A DNA stretch of 64,000 nt from NCBI GenBank assembly GCA_964016885.1, contig OZ024743.1:281108001-281172000 (forward strand), in the 5' to 3' direction. The notes under the pieces are model-generated. The model worked only from the letters and a program-made list of their open reading frames with translations. It made no database searches and was not told the origin of the DNA. This document shows, piece after piece, positions 13,321-28,692 of the stretch; within the stretch, counting starts at the first letter, position 1, and each line of letters opens with the position of its first letter. Made by a program: the position numbers and the translations under genes. The DNA is from Eledone cirrhosa. Lineage: Eukaryota.

Positions 13321-13844
13321 TCGGACGTAATGAAAATGTGACAAGTAAGTAACCTCACACGATAGCTGGTCTCCAAAACCCACGTATGCGCATGAATATA
13401 TGCGACACCTCTGCATACTTTTGTCTTCCTGACGTTATTACCCCCCGCGGGAAAAATGCAGTTGGTTTAATGTATATTTAATGTTGAAGTTGAGTATATA
13501 AATATAAATGAAATGCCATGTACGAAAGTGATGTGCAAATTGACTGGCGAGGTATCAGGTCATTAAATAGAATGAAGTGGAAGTAATACGCCCCATAATG
13601 AACTGAGTCCTGGTTGTAGAGATTTCACTTCATTCATGTCGCTAATGCCATATAATAAGCATGTGAACAGTACCACAGCTGGATCTGATTAATCAGCAAG
13701 GAGTCCACCACCTAGTCTTTCACACAGCTAGAAATAGCAACCAAATCTACTTCCATAGAAAAAGATGTGTTGGTTACGGGTAAAACGCCTTTGAACTATA
13801 GATCTGTTAATCAAAGCTGACATGGGGTAAACAACTACAAAATT

Positions 13845-14095
13845 AGTAGCAGCAGCAGCAATGACGACAACGTCGACAGCAACAACAAAAACAACGACGG
13901 CGGCGGTGAAAACGAAGACTGGGACGACGACCGTGACGGCAATGATGATGGCAGCGACGGTGGGGGTGACGGCGGGGGCGGTTACGGCGGCGGAGGTGAC
14001 GGTGGCGGAGGTGACGGCGGCAACGGTGACAGCGGTGGCGGTGACGGCAGCGGCGGTGACAGCTCGGTGACGGCGGCGGAGACGAAGGTGGCGAA
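13845..14095. repeat. GC-rich degenerate trinucleotide tract (GGC/GAC/GGT)
   Basis: Direct reading. Confidence 0.8.
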
Positions 14096-14189
14096 ATCAA
14101 CCAAATTTCATATCACTGTAAACAACAGCTTCTTTTCTTCTTCTTCTTCTTCTTCTTCTTCTTCTTCTTCTTCTTCTTCTTCTTCTTCT

Positions 14190-14335
14190 TCTTCTTCGCT
14201 GACATAGTCCTGAGAGGGTTGTGGGGGCAGAGTCCTCAAACCCACCTTCCAGTGGGTCCTGTCAGAAGCAACCGTCTCTAAGTGATCCCACTGGATCTCC
14301 AAGCATGACCATCCAAGCTGTACGCGAAAATTCTT
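14190..14335 (-). mobile_element. RTE-type LINE 3' fragment with (GAA)n tail
   Basis: LETVASDRTHWK resembles the RTE C-terminus; abuts (TTC)n at 14135-14195. Confidence 0.45.
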
Positions 14336-14530
14336 TCGTGGCTCATTAACCTGTCGTCATAAGTTCAAATCTTGCCATATCATCGTAGAAGACATTTCTG
14401 GGTCAGACCAAAATCCCTAATTGTCTTCGTCCATCTTGCAATTGGATCCACACTCTCGTGTTAATTGCGTGTTGCATTTATTGGAACACGCAACAGAGCT
14501 CAGTTATTCAACGGTTTTATATTCTCTCGC

Positions 14531-16547
14531 AAACTATAGTCTCGCGTTTCTTCCTTCCCAAACTATAGTCACATTTTTCTTCCTTCCCAAACTATAGTCC
14601 CATTTTTCTTCCTTCCCAAACTATAGTCTCATTTTTCTTCCTTCCCAAACTATAGTCCCATTTTTCTTCCTTCCCAAACTATAGTCTCATTTTTCTTCCT
14701 TCCCAAACTATAGTCACATTTTTCTTCCTTCCCAAACTATAGTCTCATTTTTCTTCCCTCACAAACTATAGTCACATTTTATTCCCTCACAAATTATAGT
14801 CTCATTTTTCTTCCTTCCCAAACTATAGTCTCATTTTTCTTCCCTCACAAACTATAGTCACATTTTATTCCCTCACAAATTATAGTCTCATTTTTCTTCC
14901 TTCCCAAACTATAGTCTCATTTTTCTTCCCTCACAAACTATAGTCACATTTTTCTTCCTTCCCAAACTATAGTCACATATATTCCCTCACAAACTATAGT
15001 CTCATTTTTCTTCCTTCCCAAACTATAGTCTCATTTTTCTTCCCTCACAAACTATAGTCCCATTTTTCTTCCTTCCCAAACTATAGTCTGATTTTTCTTC
15101 CTTCCCAAACTATAGTCTCATTTTTCTTCCTTCCCAAACTATAGTCACATTTTTCTTCCTTCCCAAACTATAGTCTCATTTTTCTTCCTTCCCAAACTAT
15201 AGTCCCATTTTTCTTCCTTCCCAAACTATCGTCTCATTTTTCTTCCCTCACAAATTATAGTCTCATTTTTCTTCCCTCACAAACTAGAGTCCCATTTTTC
15301 TTCCTTCCCAAACTATAGTCCCATTTTTCTTCCTTCCCAAACTATAGTCACATTTTTCTTCCTTCCCAAACTATAGTCACATTTTTCTTCCTTCCCAAAC
15401 TATAGTCACATTTTTCTTCCTTCCCAAACTATAGTCCCATTTTTCTTCCCTCACAAACTCTAGTCCATTTTTCTTCCTTCCCAAACTATAGTCACATTTT
15501 TCTTCCTTCCCAAACTATAGTCCCATTTTTCTTCCTTCCCAAACTATAGTCACATTTTTCTTCCTTCCCAAACTATAGTCTCATTTTTCTTCCCTCACAA
15601 ACTATAGTCACATTTTATTCCCTCACTAAATTATAGTCTCATTTTTCTTCCCTCACAAACTATAGTCACATTTTATTCCCTCACAAACTATAGTTTCATT
15701 TTTCTTCTCTCACAAACTATAGTCTCATTGTATTCCCTCACAAACTATAGTCACATTTTCTTCCCTCACAAACTATAGACACATTTTATTCCCTCACAAA
15801 CTATAGTCACATTTTATTCCCTCACAAACTATAGTCTCCTTTTTATTCTATCACAAACTATAGTCTCGTGTTTCTTCCCTCACAAACTATAGTCACATAT
15901 ATTCCCTCACAAACTAGTGTCACATTTTATTCCCTCACAAACTATAGTCTCATTTTCTTCCCTCACAAACTATAGACACATTTTATTCCCTCACAAACTA
16001 TAGTCACATTTTATTCCCTCACAAACTATAGTCTCCTTTTTATTCTCTCACAAACTATAGTCTCGTGTTTCTTCCCTCACAAACTATAGTCACATTTATT
16101 CCCTCACAAACTATAGTCACATTTTATTTCCTCACAAACTATAGTCACATTTTATTCCCTCACAAACTCTAGTCTCTTTTTTATTCCCTCACAAACTATA
16201 GTCTCTTTTTTATTCCCTCACAAACTATAGTCTCGCTTTTAACCCCTCACAAACTATAGTCTCATTTTCTTCCCTCACAAACTATAGACACATTTTATTC
16301 CCTCACAAACTATAGTCACATTTTATTCCCTCACAAACTATAGTCTCCTTTTTATTCTCTCACAAACTATAGTCTCGTGTTTCTTCCCTCACAAACTATA
16401 GTCACATTTATTCCCTCACAAACTATAGTCACATTTTATTTCCTCACAAACTATAGTCACATTTTATTCCCTCACAAACTATAGTCATATTTTTCTTCTC
16501 TCACAAACTATAGTCTCATTTTCTTCTCTCACAAACTTTAGTCTCGT
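14531..16547. repeat. 28-29 bp satellite (CAAACTATAGTCWCATTTTTCTTCCTTCC / ...TTATTCCCTCA)
   Basis: About 70 tandem units over 2 kb. Confidence 0.97.
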
Positions 16548-16864
16548 CCCTTTTTCTTTCATTTATTGGTCTTTTACAATTCTTTCTTACGTTTCTCTTT
16601 CTTTTCAATATTCATTTCATTCTTTATATTTCTTCTTCTTTCTTATCATTTTAAACTTTTTCTCGTGATTCCTTTAGCTAACCTCCACTTTTCTCCTTTT
16701 CACTTTGTGCTCCTTTCTTTCCTATTTTCTTTTCCTCCTCAGTTGCTTGTATTTATTACATTCTTTTTCCTTTCTTCTAGAATTCGGTTACGTTTTTATC
16801 TGTTTTCTCTCTCCCTCACTCCCTTTATATATATATATATGTGTGTATGTATGTATGTATGTAC

Positions 16865-17026
<162 letters not shown>

Positions 17027-17306
17027 GTACGTATATATATATATATGTATATATATATATGTATGTATGTATGTACGTATGTATATATATATATATATAT
17101 ATATACACTCTGTGTGTGTGCGTATGTGTGTATTTCTCTTTTTTATCCGCCTCTCGTACACCCCTCCCTTTCTATCCTTCGTCTTTTAACATTCTTTCTC
17201 TGTCTTCTGCTTACTTTTTGTCTTTCTTTTCCTCTCCCTATAGTCTTTTTCAACTTTTATCGTCCTCTCTCCCTCTCTCTCTCTATATATATATATATAT
17301 CAGTCG

Positions 17307-17355
<49 letters not shown>

Positions 17356-17559
17356 GTATCCTTTTATTATCATTCCCCTTTCACCTTCATTCAGACTATT
17401 ATTTGTTTTTTGTGTAATTGAGTATTTGTCATTATTTCGGGGGGGGGGGGGCACTCTTTCATTATTTCTTACTCTCCTTATTGCAGTCGAGAGTGTAAAA
17501 ATTAACTTTAAAATACTTTTAATCAACACCACCAACGCAACCGTTAATTTCTAAAATGA

Positions 17560-18277
17560 TCTTAAGTTACTTTTTGGAGTTTAAACTTCCCAACTCTATT
17601 TCCTCTTCTCTCTTGAAGTTAATACTACTGATAACTACTTTCAGATCATAAATGGTCAACCAGAAATTAAGACATTTGATCTATGGCTATTTATGGTCGT
17701 ACCAAGATCTTTACAGATAAGATCCACCACTTAATTTCCGTGACGCAATTTCGAAACCCTATTATCCTCATTTCACTTCAGCTACAACCTTGAATTGATA
17801 ACCTTCACAAATGCCTGAAAGACACACACAACCTTATTTCACTAGCTTTCATATAAATAAACGTGAAGTCTTGTAACTAGGCTAAAAAAAGACTCGATTA
17901 TCCTAGCTTCAATTATCTGAATAAGTCCCGTGAATATTTGACTAGCCATACAATGAATTACACGGGTGAATTAGGAAAACTATTAGAATTCGTGCAGCTT
18001 TCATTCCGGCTCTCTGCACTTTAAGTTCAAATCCCACTGAGCTCAACTTTGTCTTTCATCTTTTTCGATGTCTTGTCTTCTCTCTTTTTCTTTCTCTCTG
18101 GAAGTAATCAGTTGTATTCAGCCATGGAGAGAGATAGGCACCACCAGATAGTTTCATCTCAATAGGTCATTTTAAACGGTGTTAAAATAATTTTAACACA
18201 TAAATATTATTGACATGCAAAAGACAACTAGCTAGTACTTAAGCGATGAGTGAAAGAAATCAATCTTAGTCAATCAG

Positions 18278-18334
<57 letters not shown>

Positions 18335-20540
18335 AATTATAACGAGCCATACAATTAGATATAGTCTAGGATCGCCGTTTTTAACTCTCAATTATTTTAC
18401 AAAATCGTATTTGCATATCAAAGCGGACACAATACGATACATAGTGGATAATATATATATATAACAAAGAGGGTGTGGTAAGATACCAGGTGGACCATAA
18501 CGCACCAGAGTACTCAATGCTTAGGGTAGTAGAGTGGGTAATAGGAAAAGAGTCAGGACCTCGACGGCTGAGCCCCGGCCGTTTCGACAGCTGTTCGGAT
18601 CTAGCTGTCGAAATACATATATATATGGCTGACTGAACACAAACGTGCTTTTTCTCCAAGGAAAATATTCTCCTCTTCCCTCTATCTTTCTAATCTTTTA
18701 TATCTCGTTCTATGTCCTGGTGAAGGCCTAATGTCCGAAACATTCGGCCTCTTTTTCTATTACATCAAGTGCTAAACTAATATATATCTTCTACGATAAC
18801 GTAGTTCATGAAATTCTAATTATAATTGTTTGTATATGAATTAATAGCTTTCTCACAAATCGTAGTAGATGACTGATACTTGGTAACGACAAGAAAATGA
18901 TATATGTTCTTCGGGGTCTTCTACAAGGCCATTCTTTTTCTATTCTACACAATAAATTCATTTAAATCTCTCAACAAAATTGTAGAAGTGTCAGGTTTTA
19001 CTGATCATATCAACATCTACACTTTATATGGTATCATCAATTACAATAAAAGTAAATTTGGCACCGAACTATCAACTGCAACTAAAGGAGAAAAGAAAAA
19101 TAGTCAACAATTTGATTCCTTTTCACAACCCAGAACACAACTGATTCCTTTCCATAACCCAGAACCTAAGTGATGAAATATTTCTAATGAACCAGCTATG
19201 AACCGCAAACATCCATTTAGTTACAATCTAAATCGAAATGGGAAACTCATCTTAAATACTCAATGAAATGAATGATTCAGCGTGTCATATCATTAAAGTG
19301 ATATCAAAGAAGTACCACTGTCTAACATAACCACTTGGGATTATATAATAAGGGAGTTATCAACGCTCATTGCTTTTTCTATGGCAGCTAAGTGTGGGGA
19401 GATGCGAGCACTAACTATTTTCAAGCTATCGAAACATTTCATACTCACGTAGAGAGAACTATATTGGATTGTTTAAGATCTACTCCCGAAATCGTTATTT
19501 TTTTATGAAGCATCGTTAAACCATAAACTTGTTGATTGAAGAATCTAGGCGTAAATTACTAACTGCCCAGTTTAAACAGAAAAGAAAACAGCATGATATT
19601 TGCCTACCCGCATTGATAAAACAATTAAAAGCTTTCAAAATAACAGTAAACGAATCAAATAAGGAAACAAAAAAAACACGATAACAACTATAACAACATT
19701 ACACAATCAATCGGCCTTAAGAAATGGGTCAGTTATACAGATGGGTTACATTCAGACAATAAAGTAGAATGTGGCGCTACTTTGTCTTTTCAAAACAATA
19801 ATACAAATCGAATCTCAGATTACATCAGATTTTACAATATTTGATAGTAAGAGGTGGGAAATGATATCATTAATAGATACGGCTAGCAAAATGCCATGGG
19901 AAAATGGCTTTCTATTTCCTGATAGTTTATCAATCAAGAAAAAGAGGTCAGGTTTGAGATATTGAAAGTATTCTCCTAAAACTAGATAACTATCTATCAG
20001 AAAATAATAAACAAATAACAATGATTTGGATAACATGCCATAGAGACATTAGGAAAATCAGGAAAGCAGATGAATTAGCAAAAGAGTGAGTACAAAAGGA
20101 AATAATAGATATAAATTATATTCCGATCTATCACACGTCAAATCATTCAGTAAAAACATAATTAGTGAAGAGAGGAAGAATCTAAAGATAAGCTATCAAA
20201 TTTCAATTCTCCATTATCTCAACCAGATCTGTCAAGGTTTAGATCTTATCAGGCACTGAATAAGGTTAATAAACAAAGACTCTGTTGGTTTCGAACAGGT
20301 CATATACACTTAAACTATATTATTTCAAGAACAGGTCGTACAGACTCACCTCTATATTCTTGTAGAGACTATCCATAAACTTTATGGCAATATTTCTTCC
20401 AATGTAAAAACAACCAGTCAGAGAGAGAGGAGACATTTTAAAGCCGGTCTTTAAAAAACAGTATATTGTCAAAGATCTAGCAAAAATAAGCGAGATCTTC
20501 CAGTACATCGAGGCTACACAAAGGTTCAACAACAGAAATG
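17560..20540 (+). pseudogene. Highly decayed RNase H-containing LINE (I/Nimb-like), interrupted by later insertions
   Basis: Residual motifs: GLLQG (~18915), YTDG (~19735), KADELAK (~20063-20085), FRTGH (~20290); many stops. Confidence 0.45.
18714..18748 (+). ncRNA. Degenerate minimal hammerhead
   Basis: gtc-CTGGTGA-aggcctaatgtcc-GAAA-cat-TC-ggc; the A6G change predicts inactivity. Confidence 0.5.
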
Positions 20541-20751
20541 TTTAACAACTTTATAGCTGTCCTTGTTTTTCAGCTTTTTCTTAGTTTCGATTCTTTGTTT
20601 CACTCTTGTTTTGTTTCTTAATTGTAAGGGGTATTAGATACTTTTCCCACTCTACCATGGCTTAAACATGGACGTATAACAGGATTATATATATAACAAT
20701 TTGATTGGTATCTGGTCTACTGCGGCTTCTTCAACTTCGATTTATAACATA

Positions 20752-21644
20752 CTAGCAGTAAAGCCCGGCGTTGCTCGGGGTCGCTCAGTAGCTGTGTTAA
20801 AGTTACAATGTTAAGTTTCTTTCTTGGCTTAAAAACTGTAGTGTCTACTGTGCAGACTTGCATGTGGTGTTTTTGATTAATATTCCCTCAACCAACAATA
20901 TGCCTTATGAAGTTAAGAAAACATAACGATAACCCGAATGTTATAACAAAAGAGGATGCTGGGGATAGAAACTGCACTGGTTATTTATTAACAAAGATCG
21001 AAAATGTAAACACTGCAACGCAGAGAAAAACATTAGCGTAACCAAATTATCAGTTATGTCTGTCTGCACGCCTATATCACCTCTCTGCACGACTGTCTGT
21101 CTGCACGCCTATATCACCTCTCTGCACGACTGTCTGTCTGCACGCCTATATCACCTCTCTGCACGACTATCTGTCTGCACGCGTATATCACCTCTCTGCA
21201 CGACTGTCTGTCTGCACGACTGTCTGTCTGCACGCCTAACGACGAAATATTTGCTTGTTTTACGTAGTCTTTAAATAGACTTGTTTTCAAGTAAAAATAT
21301 TGTTTTAAAATGCTTTTAAATGGAAATGAAGCAAAACGGAAGCTTCGTGTATTGTGTTAATGTCATTTTAAACGCTGAGAAAGCCAGCGTAATTTTTTAC
21401 GTAAGACGCTCAATGTAAACAGAACAAAGGGAAATAACTGATAACTTACGCTCAAAAATCGATACATTATATTCGATTTCGTCACATAGGGTGGGTCAAT
21501 TTGAAATTTTTTTTTTCCGATGTCTTCGCTAGGGCTCAATGTACAAGTATAGCAATTTCGGTGCAATTCCGTGAGAGATTCTAAGAGGAGATGTGTGCCA
21601 AAAATCGATAGACAGACAGACAACCACAGTTTTATATATATAGA
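20752..21644 (-). mobile_element. Non-autonomous Helitron
   Basis: Minus strand 5' TCTATATATATAAAACTG; 3' hairpin CCCGAGCAACGCCGGG then CTAG; A|T target; internal ~35-bp tandem repeat 21058-21237. Confidence 0.85.
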
Positions 21645-21699
21645 TATATATATATATTTTTTTTTAGGAACGATCGACTTTCGTCAAATCGGACCGAGG

Positions 21700-22180
<481 letters not shown>

Positions 22181-23227
22181 TGAAGGCGTGTGGCTGAGTG
22201 GTTAGAGAATTAGCGCAAACATAGCGAAGGCAGCAGTCTACATGATAAGCCCTTGATTAACTGACATTGTGACCCCCACCTGACACCTTTAAATCCATAT
22301 AGTACCTTTTCTACGTAGTCCAGGAGTGCTTTTGGGAATATCTCCCTCGTATTTGATCTTTTGATTCAGTAATGGATACCTTTTGTTACGAAAGCTCAAT
22401 CTAGTGGATTGGCAGAGTCGTGTCGAAAATAATGCTTTACAGCATTTGTTCCGGCTCTTTAAATTCTGAGCTTAAATTCGGCCGAGGTCGGTCGTTAAAA
22501 TAAGATATCAATCAACTATTAAAGTCGATAACAGAGTTTCATGATGTCGATATTTTACTCCGGTCTACATAGGGTTAAATAGACCTGGTGTTCTGTTAAG
22601 AAACAAAAACTAGAATATATTCCTCACGGCTTGATGAACAGAAGCTCAAAAATTAAATCTTGTTGAGTGTGTGTGTCTATCTATATGTTTGTGCATGTGT
22701 GGCTGTCTGTGTGCATGCGTGTCTATGCATGCGTGTGTGTGTATGTGTCTGTGTCTGTCTGTTTGTGTGAGTGTGTATGTGTTTGCGTGTGCGTGTGTGC
22801 ATGTGCACGCGCGTGTGATTTATCTCACTACGCAACAAGATGCCTGCAAGTAGTTATCTAGTGGCTATATTTAAATTGTGAACTAAGCAGCTAACATTAT
22901 GATAAAAGCATTAAATGTGTAAACAAACGCATTGCGGTGGATCTCCGTCGGTTCTGACGGCGAGTGTGCCAATTGAGTGATAGATTGCTGGTGAAATTAA
23001 CGTGCAAGTGGTTTAGCATCCTACAGATATGTGCATCATTAACGTAGATTCAACGTGACACAATGTTGAGTAATACGTTTTAAAATGGACGTGTTTACAT
23101 ATGCTACTGTGTTTATTTACACATTTTACGCAGCTTTAGTTACTGTTACTATATAGATATACTTATGTGTGTGTGTATAAACATATACTAACACTCAACA
23201 CACACACACACACGCATACATTATATA

Positions 23228-23278
<51 letters not shown>

Positions 23279-23390
23279 ACATATATATTCTTATACATAT
23301 ACATATGGATGGATCAGCACATCGCGCTCTTGAGCAAAACACTCCATTTCCTGTCGCATACTTGCATATGTGGCTTGTAAATTTCATTTC

Positions 23391-23436
<46 letters not shown>

Positions 23437-23478
23437 CGAAACGGCCGGGGTTCAGCCGTCGGGGTCCTGAATCTTTTC

Positions 23479-23518
<40 letters not shown>

Positions 23519-23539
23519 CATGTATATATATATACAGTA

Positions 23540-24136
23540 TATTGTTATACTTTGGGAGGGTCATGTTGCCAATAAGAAATACACGCACCAGTTGCTTTCA
23601 CTCCAATTTATTATGAATTAAATTTATAAATTTAAGAAATTTGTAAGTTTCCGGTTGGTTGGTTGGTTGGTTCCACAACCGGACGGTTGTTCATATTTTG
23701 TCAAAGTTCTTTCGTCACACATTCTGTGACCTCTTCAGTGACTGGGGATTCTTTTCTTTGTTTTGTGCCTCTCCTTTGTTATGTCCTACGCCATCTTGCT
23801 CGTGTGTGTGTTGTGTGCTTAGTTTGCGCATGTGTTACATCCGGGTGTCTCTATGTGTTTTTATTTGTTTATTTATTTGTTTATTTACATGTTACTAGTT
23901 GGTTGTTTGTTCTATGTGTGTGTGTTTTCAGTTTGTCTTTAATTGTAAGTTGTGATGTTGCTATTCCATTCATGTTTTCTATGAACTCCAACCAAAATTA
24001 AATAATAAATTGGAGTGAAAGCAACTGGTGCGTGTGTTTCTTATTGGCAACATGACCCTCCCAAAGTATAACAATATCGGTTTAAACACACGTTTTCAGA
24101 TAAAGAATCTTGGTAAACAAATTCAGAAACGAAATA
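23540..24136. mobile_element. Non-coding PLE pLTR fold-back element (family E)
   Basis: Inverted repeats 23540-23612 and 24002-24076, ~60-nt right extension, HHR inside, TA-repeat flanks. Confidence 0.82.
23700..23742 (-). ncRNA. Minimal type I hammerhead
   Basis: gtca-CTGAAGA-ggtcaca gaatg tgtgac-GAAA-gaac-TT-tgac. Confidence 0.8.
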
Positions 24137-24189
24137 TATATATCATATATATATATAATATATATATATATATGTGTGTGTGTGTGCGT

Positions 24190-24251
<62 letters not shown>

Positions 24252-24947
24252 ATATACATACATACATATACATATATATGTATATATAAATCCCATTTTT
24301 TATATTTTGTAATATTTTTCAAAAATGCAAAATGGAGATATTGTAATTCAAAAATATAAATACCTACATTTACTTTCATTTTGCACGCTTAAAAGCATCG
24401 AGTAGTTTGATAGGAGTACTTTAATATTTTACATTCCATTCTTCCTTTCGAAAGAAATTCTCCTCGGTGGATATATTTTCCGCTGAATTTCCTCTCGAAA
24501 AGATAATAAATTTTCGCAATAATAAATTTTCGCAATAAACAACAGATTCTGTTTTTCTTCTCTAAATGGTTTTTTCTTTTCTTTTTTTCTTTTTTCTTTT
24601 TTCTTTTTTCTTTTCTTCTTTTTTTCTTTTTTTCTTTTTTTCTTCTTTTTTTCGTTTTGGAAAAGTCCCAGAGGCATTGGAAAGATATGAATAATAGTCA
24701 AGCTAGTCAGCTGAATTCTCTGCAAACAGGATAAGGAAATGAAGTTAAACTTTAACCACCAGGTTACTTGGTGTAAATAACTTGGATATTTTGGCTCACA
24801 ATTCTTCTGTTTTTCTCATAATTATTGACCATTTTCTAATATTGAAACAACCAGATCATTAATATATATATATAGAGAGAGAGAGAGAGGGAGAGATAGA
24901 TAGATAGAGAGAGAGAGAGAGTGAGAGAGAGAGAGAGAGAAATATAT

Positions 24948-24986
<39 letters not shown>

Positions 24987-25005
24987 CGATCAGGTATACG
25001 TATAT

Positions 25006-25122
<117 letters not shown>

Positions 25123-25139
25123 TGTGTGTTTACTTATAG

Positions 25140-25237
25140 ATTGTGAGATCTTGTCATATAGATATTATGATGTTTTTGGAGTATAATTTAGTTGGTTTCT
25201 GCCAACTTGGTGCATTATTAAAGATGAAAGATTACAG
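25140..25237 (+). CDS. Candidate host exon (IVRSCHIDIMMFLEYNLVGFCQLGALLKMKDY), product unknown
   Basis: TTTACTTATAG| acceptor, open frame, CAG|GTATGA donor, unique sequence. Confidence 0.35.
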
Positions 25238-25406
25238 GTATGATCTGATGATATAGTATTTTCATATGCTGAACTGTGTAGGCTTACAAATCGAAAAGTC
25301 TATATCCCGTCTACAGTAGTGTTTCCCAACCTGGGGTTCGCATGTAAATATAATCCTATTGGCTACCCATTCTTGTCCAAGTATAGACATTTCTTTCTTT
25401 TGTGAG

Positions 25407-25512
<106 letters not shown>

Positions 25513-25586
25513 ATAAGATAGGAAACGAGAAAGGGGGTAAGAAAGAGAGAGAGGGGAAGTATCAACCACTGTACTGGACTGGTACA

Positions 25587-25627
<41 letters not shown>

Positions 25628-25889
25628 TAACAGATTAAAGTTTAAGCAAAGAATCGCTGCTTTCACCCTTAACGGGATCTTCTGAAACTAAAAAAATCAA
25701 TCTGTGAACGCAGAAGTAAACATTTCGAAAAACGTATACACACTATATATACATATATATACACAGAAAGAGAGAGAGAGAGATAACGAAGACAATGTCG
25801 TAATGCAGACAGCCAGACGTACAGACAGATATTATAAGGGCGCGACATTATCGCTATGTTTCTATCTAAATAGACAGACTAAGAAAGAT

Positions 25890-26070
25890 AGAGAGATCGC
25901 TAAACGGCGCCTAATGCGGTCCCTAGGGCATTGAAAATTTGAAATATCTTTTGCTCAAAACACTCACTCGACCATAAGTATTACATGTGTAAAGTTTGAA
26001 AAAGATCGGTTGGGTGGTTCTCGAGTTTTAGGGAGTCAGACAGACATTCTCTGTTTTAGATATATAGATA
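25890..26070 (-). mobile_element. Helitron-like 5' end fragment
   Basis: ...CAGACAGACATTCTCTGTTTTAGATATATAGA, matching the Helitron 5' pattern at 21644. Confidence 0.5.
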
Positions 26071-26834
26071 ACTAAATTTAAAAAAAAAAAAAAAAAGAAT
26101 GGATCCATATTGTATCCAACCCACCAGCCCCTGTTTTAACCACTTGCCCGGATGTCTGGAAGTTTTCCCCATGAGACGTCTTTCCTGCGGGTGCCGACTT
26201 ACAACAATTTAAACTAAACATTAACAGCATTACTCTCATCAGTCTGAAAGTTTCTAGAAAGGCTATGGGCACAACCACTTTCTTACGTCATGGCAAATGA
26301 AAGAAATTAAAATATTGACCTCATTCACGGTTGTCTGTAGACAAAATATTAATCGGAGGAACTAACGAAGAAGCCTCTATGCAGTTGCTCGACCTATTAA
26401 AAATAATACTTCAATACAAAATCAAATCATACCACCTCACTGTATTAAATATATAAAAGAGACTATGTGATGCTGTAAACTTTGATAGACAAATAGGACA
26501 GGATGTTCACGGCAGGAACATATATGATCACTGATCTGCTCGTATCGGGGTTGGCATAGAGCTAAACATCAGTAATGATAATAACTACTATTACTACTAC
26601 TACTACTACTCCTATCACAGATATAATAATAATTACCCAGTAATTACTCAGTGCATTACTGGTACTTTATTTTATCGACCCCGTAAGGATGAAAGGCAAA
26701 GTTAACCTCGGTGGGATTTGAACTCAGAATGCAAGGGCCGTAACTCTATGCATCAAAGCATGGCGTCCAACACTCTACCGATACTGCCAATCAACCACAA
26801 ATATAATAATAATAATAATTATTATTATTATTAT

Positions 26835-27931
26835 TTCTTTATTAACCACAAGGGTTTACATAAAGTAGACATTAAGGACAGTGCAGGACAATACAGGACG
26901 GTACTAATGGGCATTTCTGCGTGTAAAAAACAAAAACAGAGGATGTAACAAAAAAATAACAATGAAAAATTCCCCAATAGGGAGGAGACTTCGGAGGGAC
27001 ATTTGTGGAGAAAGCCCAGTAAAAGGCCACAGTGACCCTGACCACCAAGGCAAGTGCCCTCTCCCAGTTTTCCACCTTAAATTTACATATACGTACTCAG
27101 AGTAGGCCCATTCACTCGGGCCATTCTTGCTTCTCTCACCCATCTTTCAACAAAATGCTGGGAAGAAAGCACTTCCCTCTCTACTCTGATTTTCCTTTTC
27201 AAATGAAATTTGAAAAAGTCAATCAGGGCATCACCGAAGAGGTAAGTGCTCGTCTTCAGCCCTTTCAAACGTGTCCACCATACTATCTCTTTCGCCATGG
27301 CCACCAGACAGATAAAAACTGCCTGCCCTTCCCGGCTAAAGGAAGAGGGCGGGGCAATCCTCACGATGGACTCAGATGATAGCCGGATCCGTCCTACACG
27401 CGACAGCAGGTGTTCGACATAAACCCACAAGTCAGCATTTTCGGACACTGGACGAGTGCGTGCAGGACGGTTTCGTCGCCCTGCGCGCATCTCGGACATG
27501 CCCGGCTGACGGCACCTCCATGCCTGTAGAGTTTATCCCGAACTGGCAAGGCTCCTCGGTAGCACTGCCAGGCCAGAGATTTCTGGAAGTTGTCCATAGG
27601 TCCCGGCCGAAAGTTCTTCCGAAGAGATTGGCTAGTTGATTTTCGTCGACGCCTAGAGTTTCCCCAAGTACGTCGTCGCTCTTCCCCTCCACTAATCCTC
27701 TATAGAACGCCGAGGTGGAGTTTCCACCGATCACATTGCCCGATTGGTTGAGGGCTGTGAGCGCCTGAAGACATTCCAGTCTCCAGGCGCTCCCTCTCGG
27801 TCTTCGCTTGACCCAGGACTGCAGCTCCGTCAAGGAAACGAGCTGGGGAAAGACGTGTCTAGCAAACGCGGACCACACCTGATCACCGTCGAGGAAGAGA
27901 TGGAGATGTCGTAGCCTGAGCGCGTGTTTGC
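26835..27931 (-). mobile_element. 5'-truncated Tx1/L1 LINE (ORF2 C-terminus + 3' UTR)
   Basis: MDNFQKSLAWQCYRGALPVRDKL..CPRC..ETVLHALVQC zinc finger, paralogous to 29074-29715; AATAAA and (TAA)n tail. Confidence 0.9.
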
Positions 27932-28291
27932 GAAGAAGAAGAAGAAGAAGAAGAAGAAGAAGAAGAAGAAGAAGAAGAAGAAGAAGAAGAAGAAGAAGAA
28001 GATCGAGGCTTTCAATAGTACCAAAAAATCGAAAAATACATTTTCTTTAAAATATGTTTTTAAAAAACTAATCATGTTATGGTGATAACATTTTTCTTGA
28101 TTTATTGATTTTTTCTTTTTCTTTTCTTTTTATTCTCTTTCAAAACAGAAACAGAGAAATGTGCATCTGTTCTCACACTTACCTTTTGGAAACATTCATT
28201 GGAACCACCTGCATTGAAAATATATTGATTGCAGTTACTCTCTCTCTCTCTCTCCACTCTCTTTTTCTCTCTCCACTCTCTCTCTCTCTCT

Positions 28292-28325
<34 letters not shown>

Positions 28326-28409
28326 TACCTCTTTCTTTCTCTCTCTCATTCTCTCTCTCTCTTTCTCTATCTCTCTTTCTCTCTTTATATATATATATGT
28401 ATATTTATA

Positions 28410-28692
<283 letters not shown>

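Noticed and set aside
14531-16547. CRISPR-like regular array (also 1-385)
   Set aside because: Contiguous tandem units without unique spacers; eukaryotic context; no cas genes
25246-25280. CTGATGA hammerhead box
   Set aside because: Followed by GAAC, not GAAA, and no helix I or III
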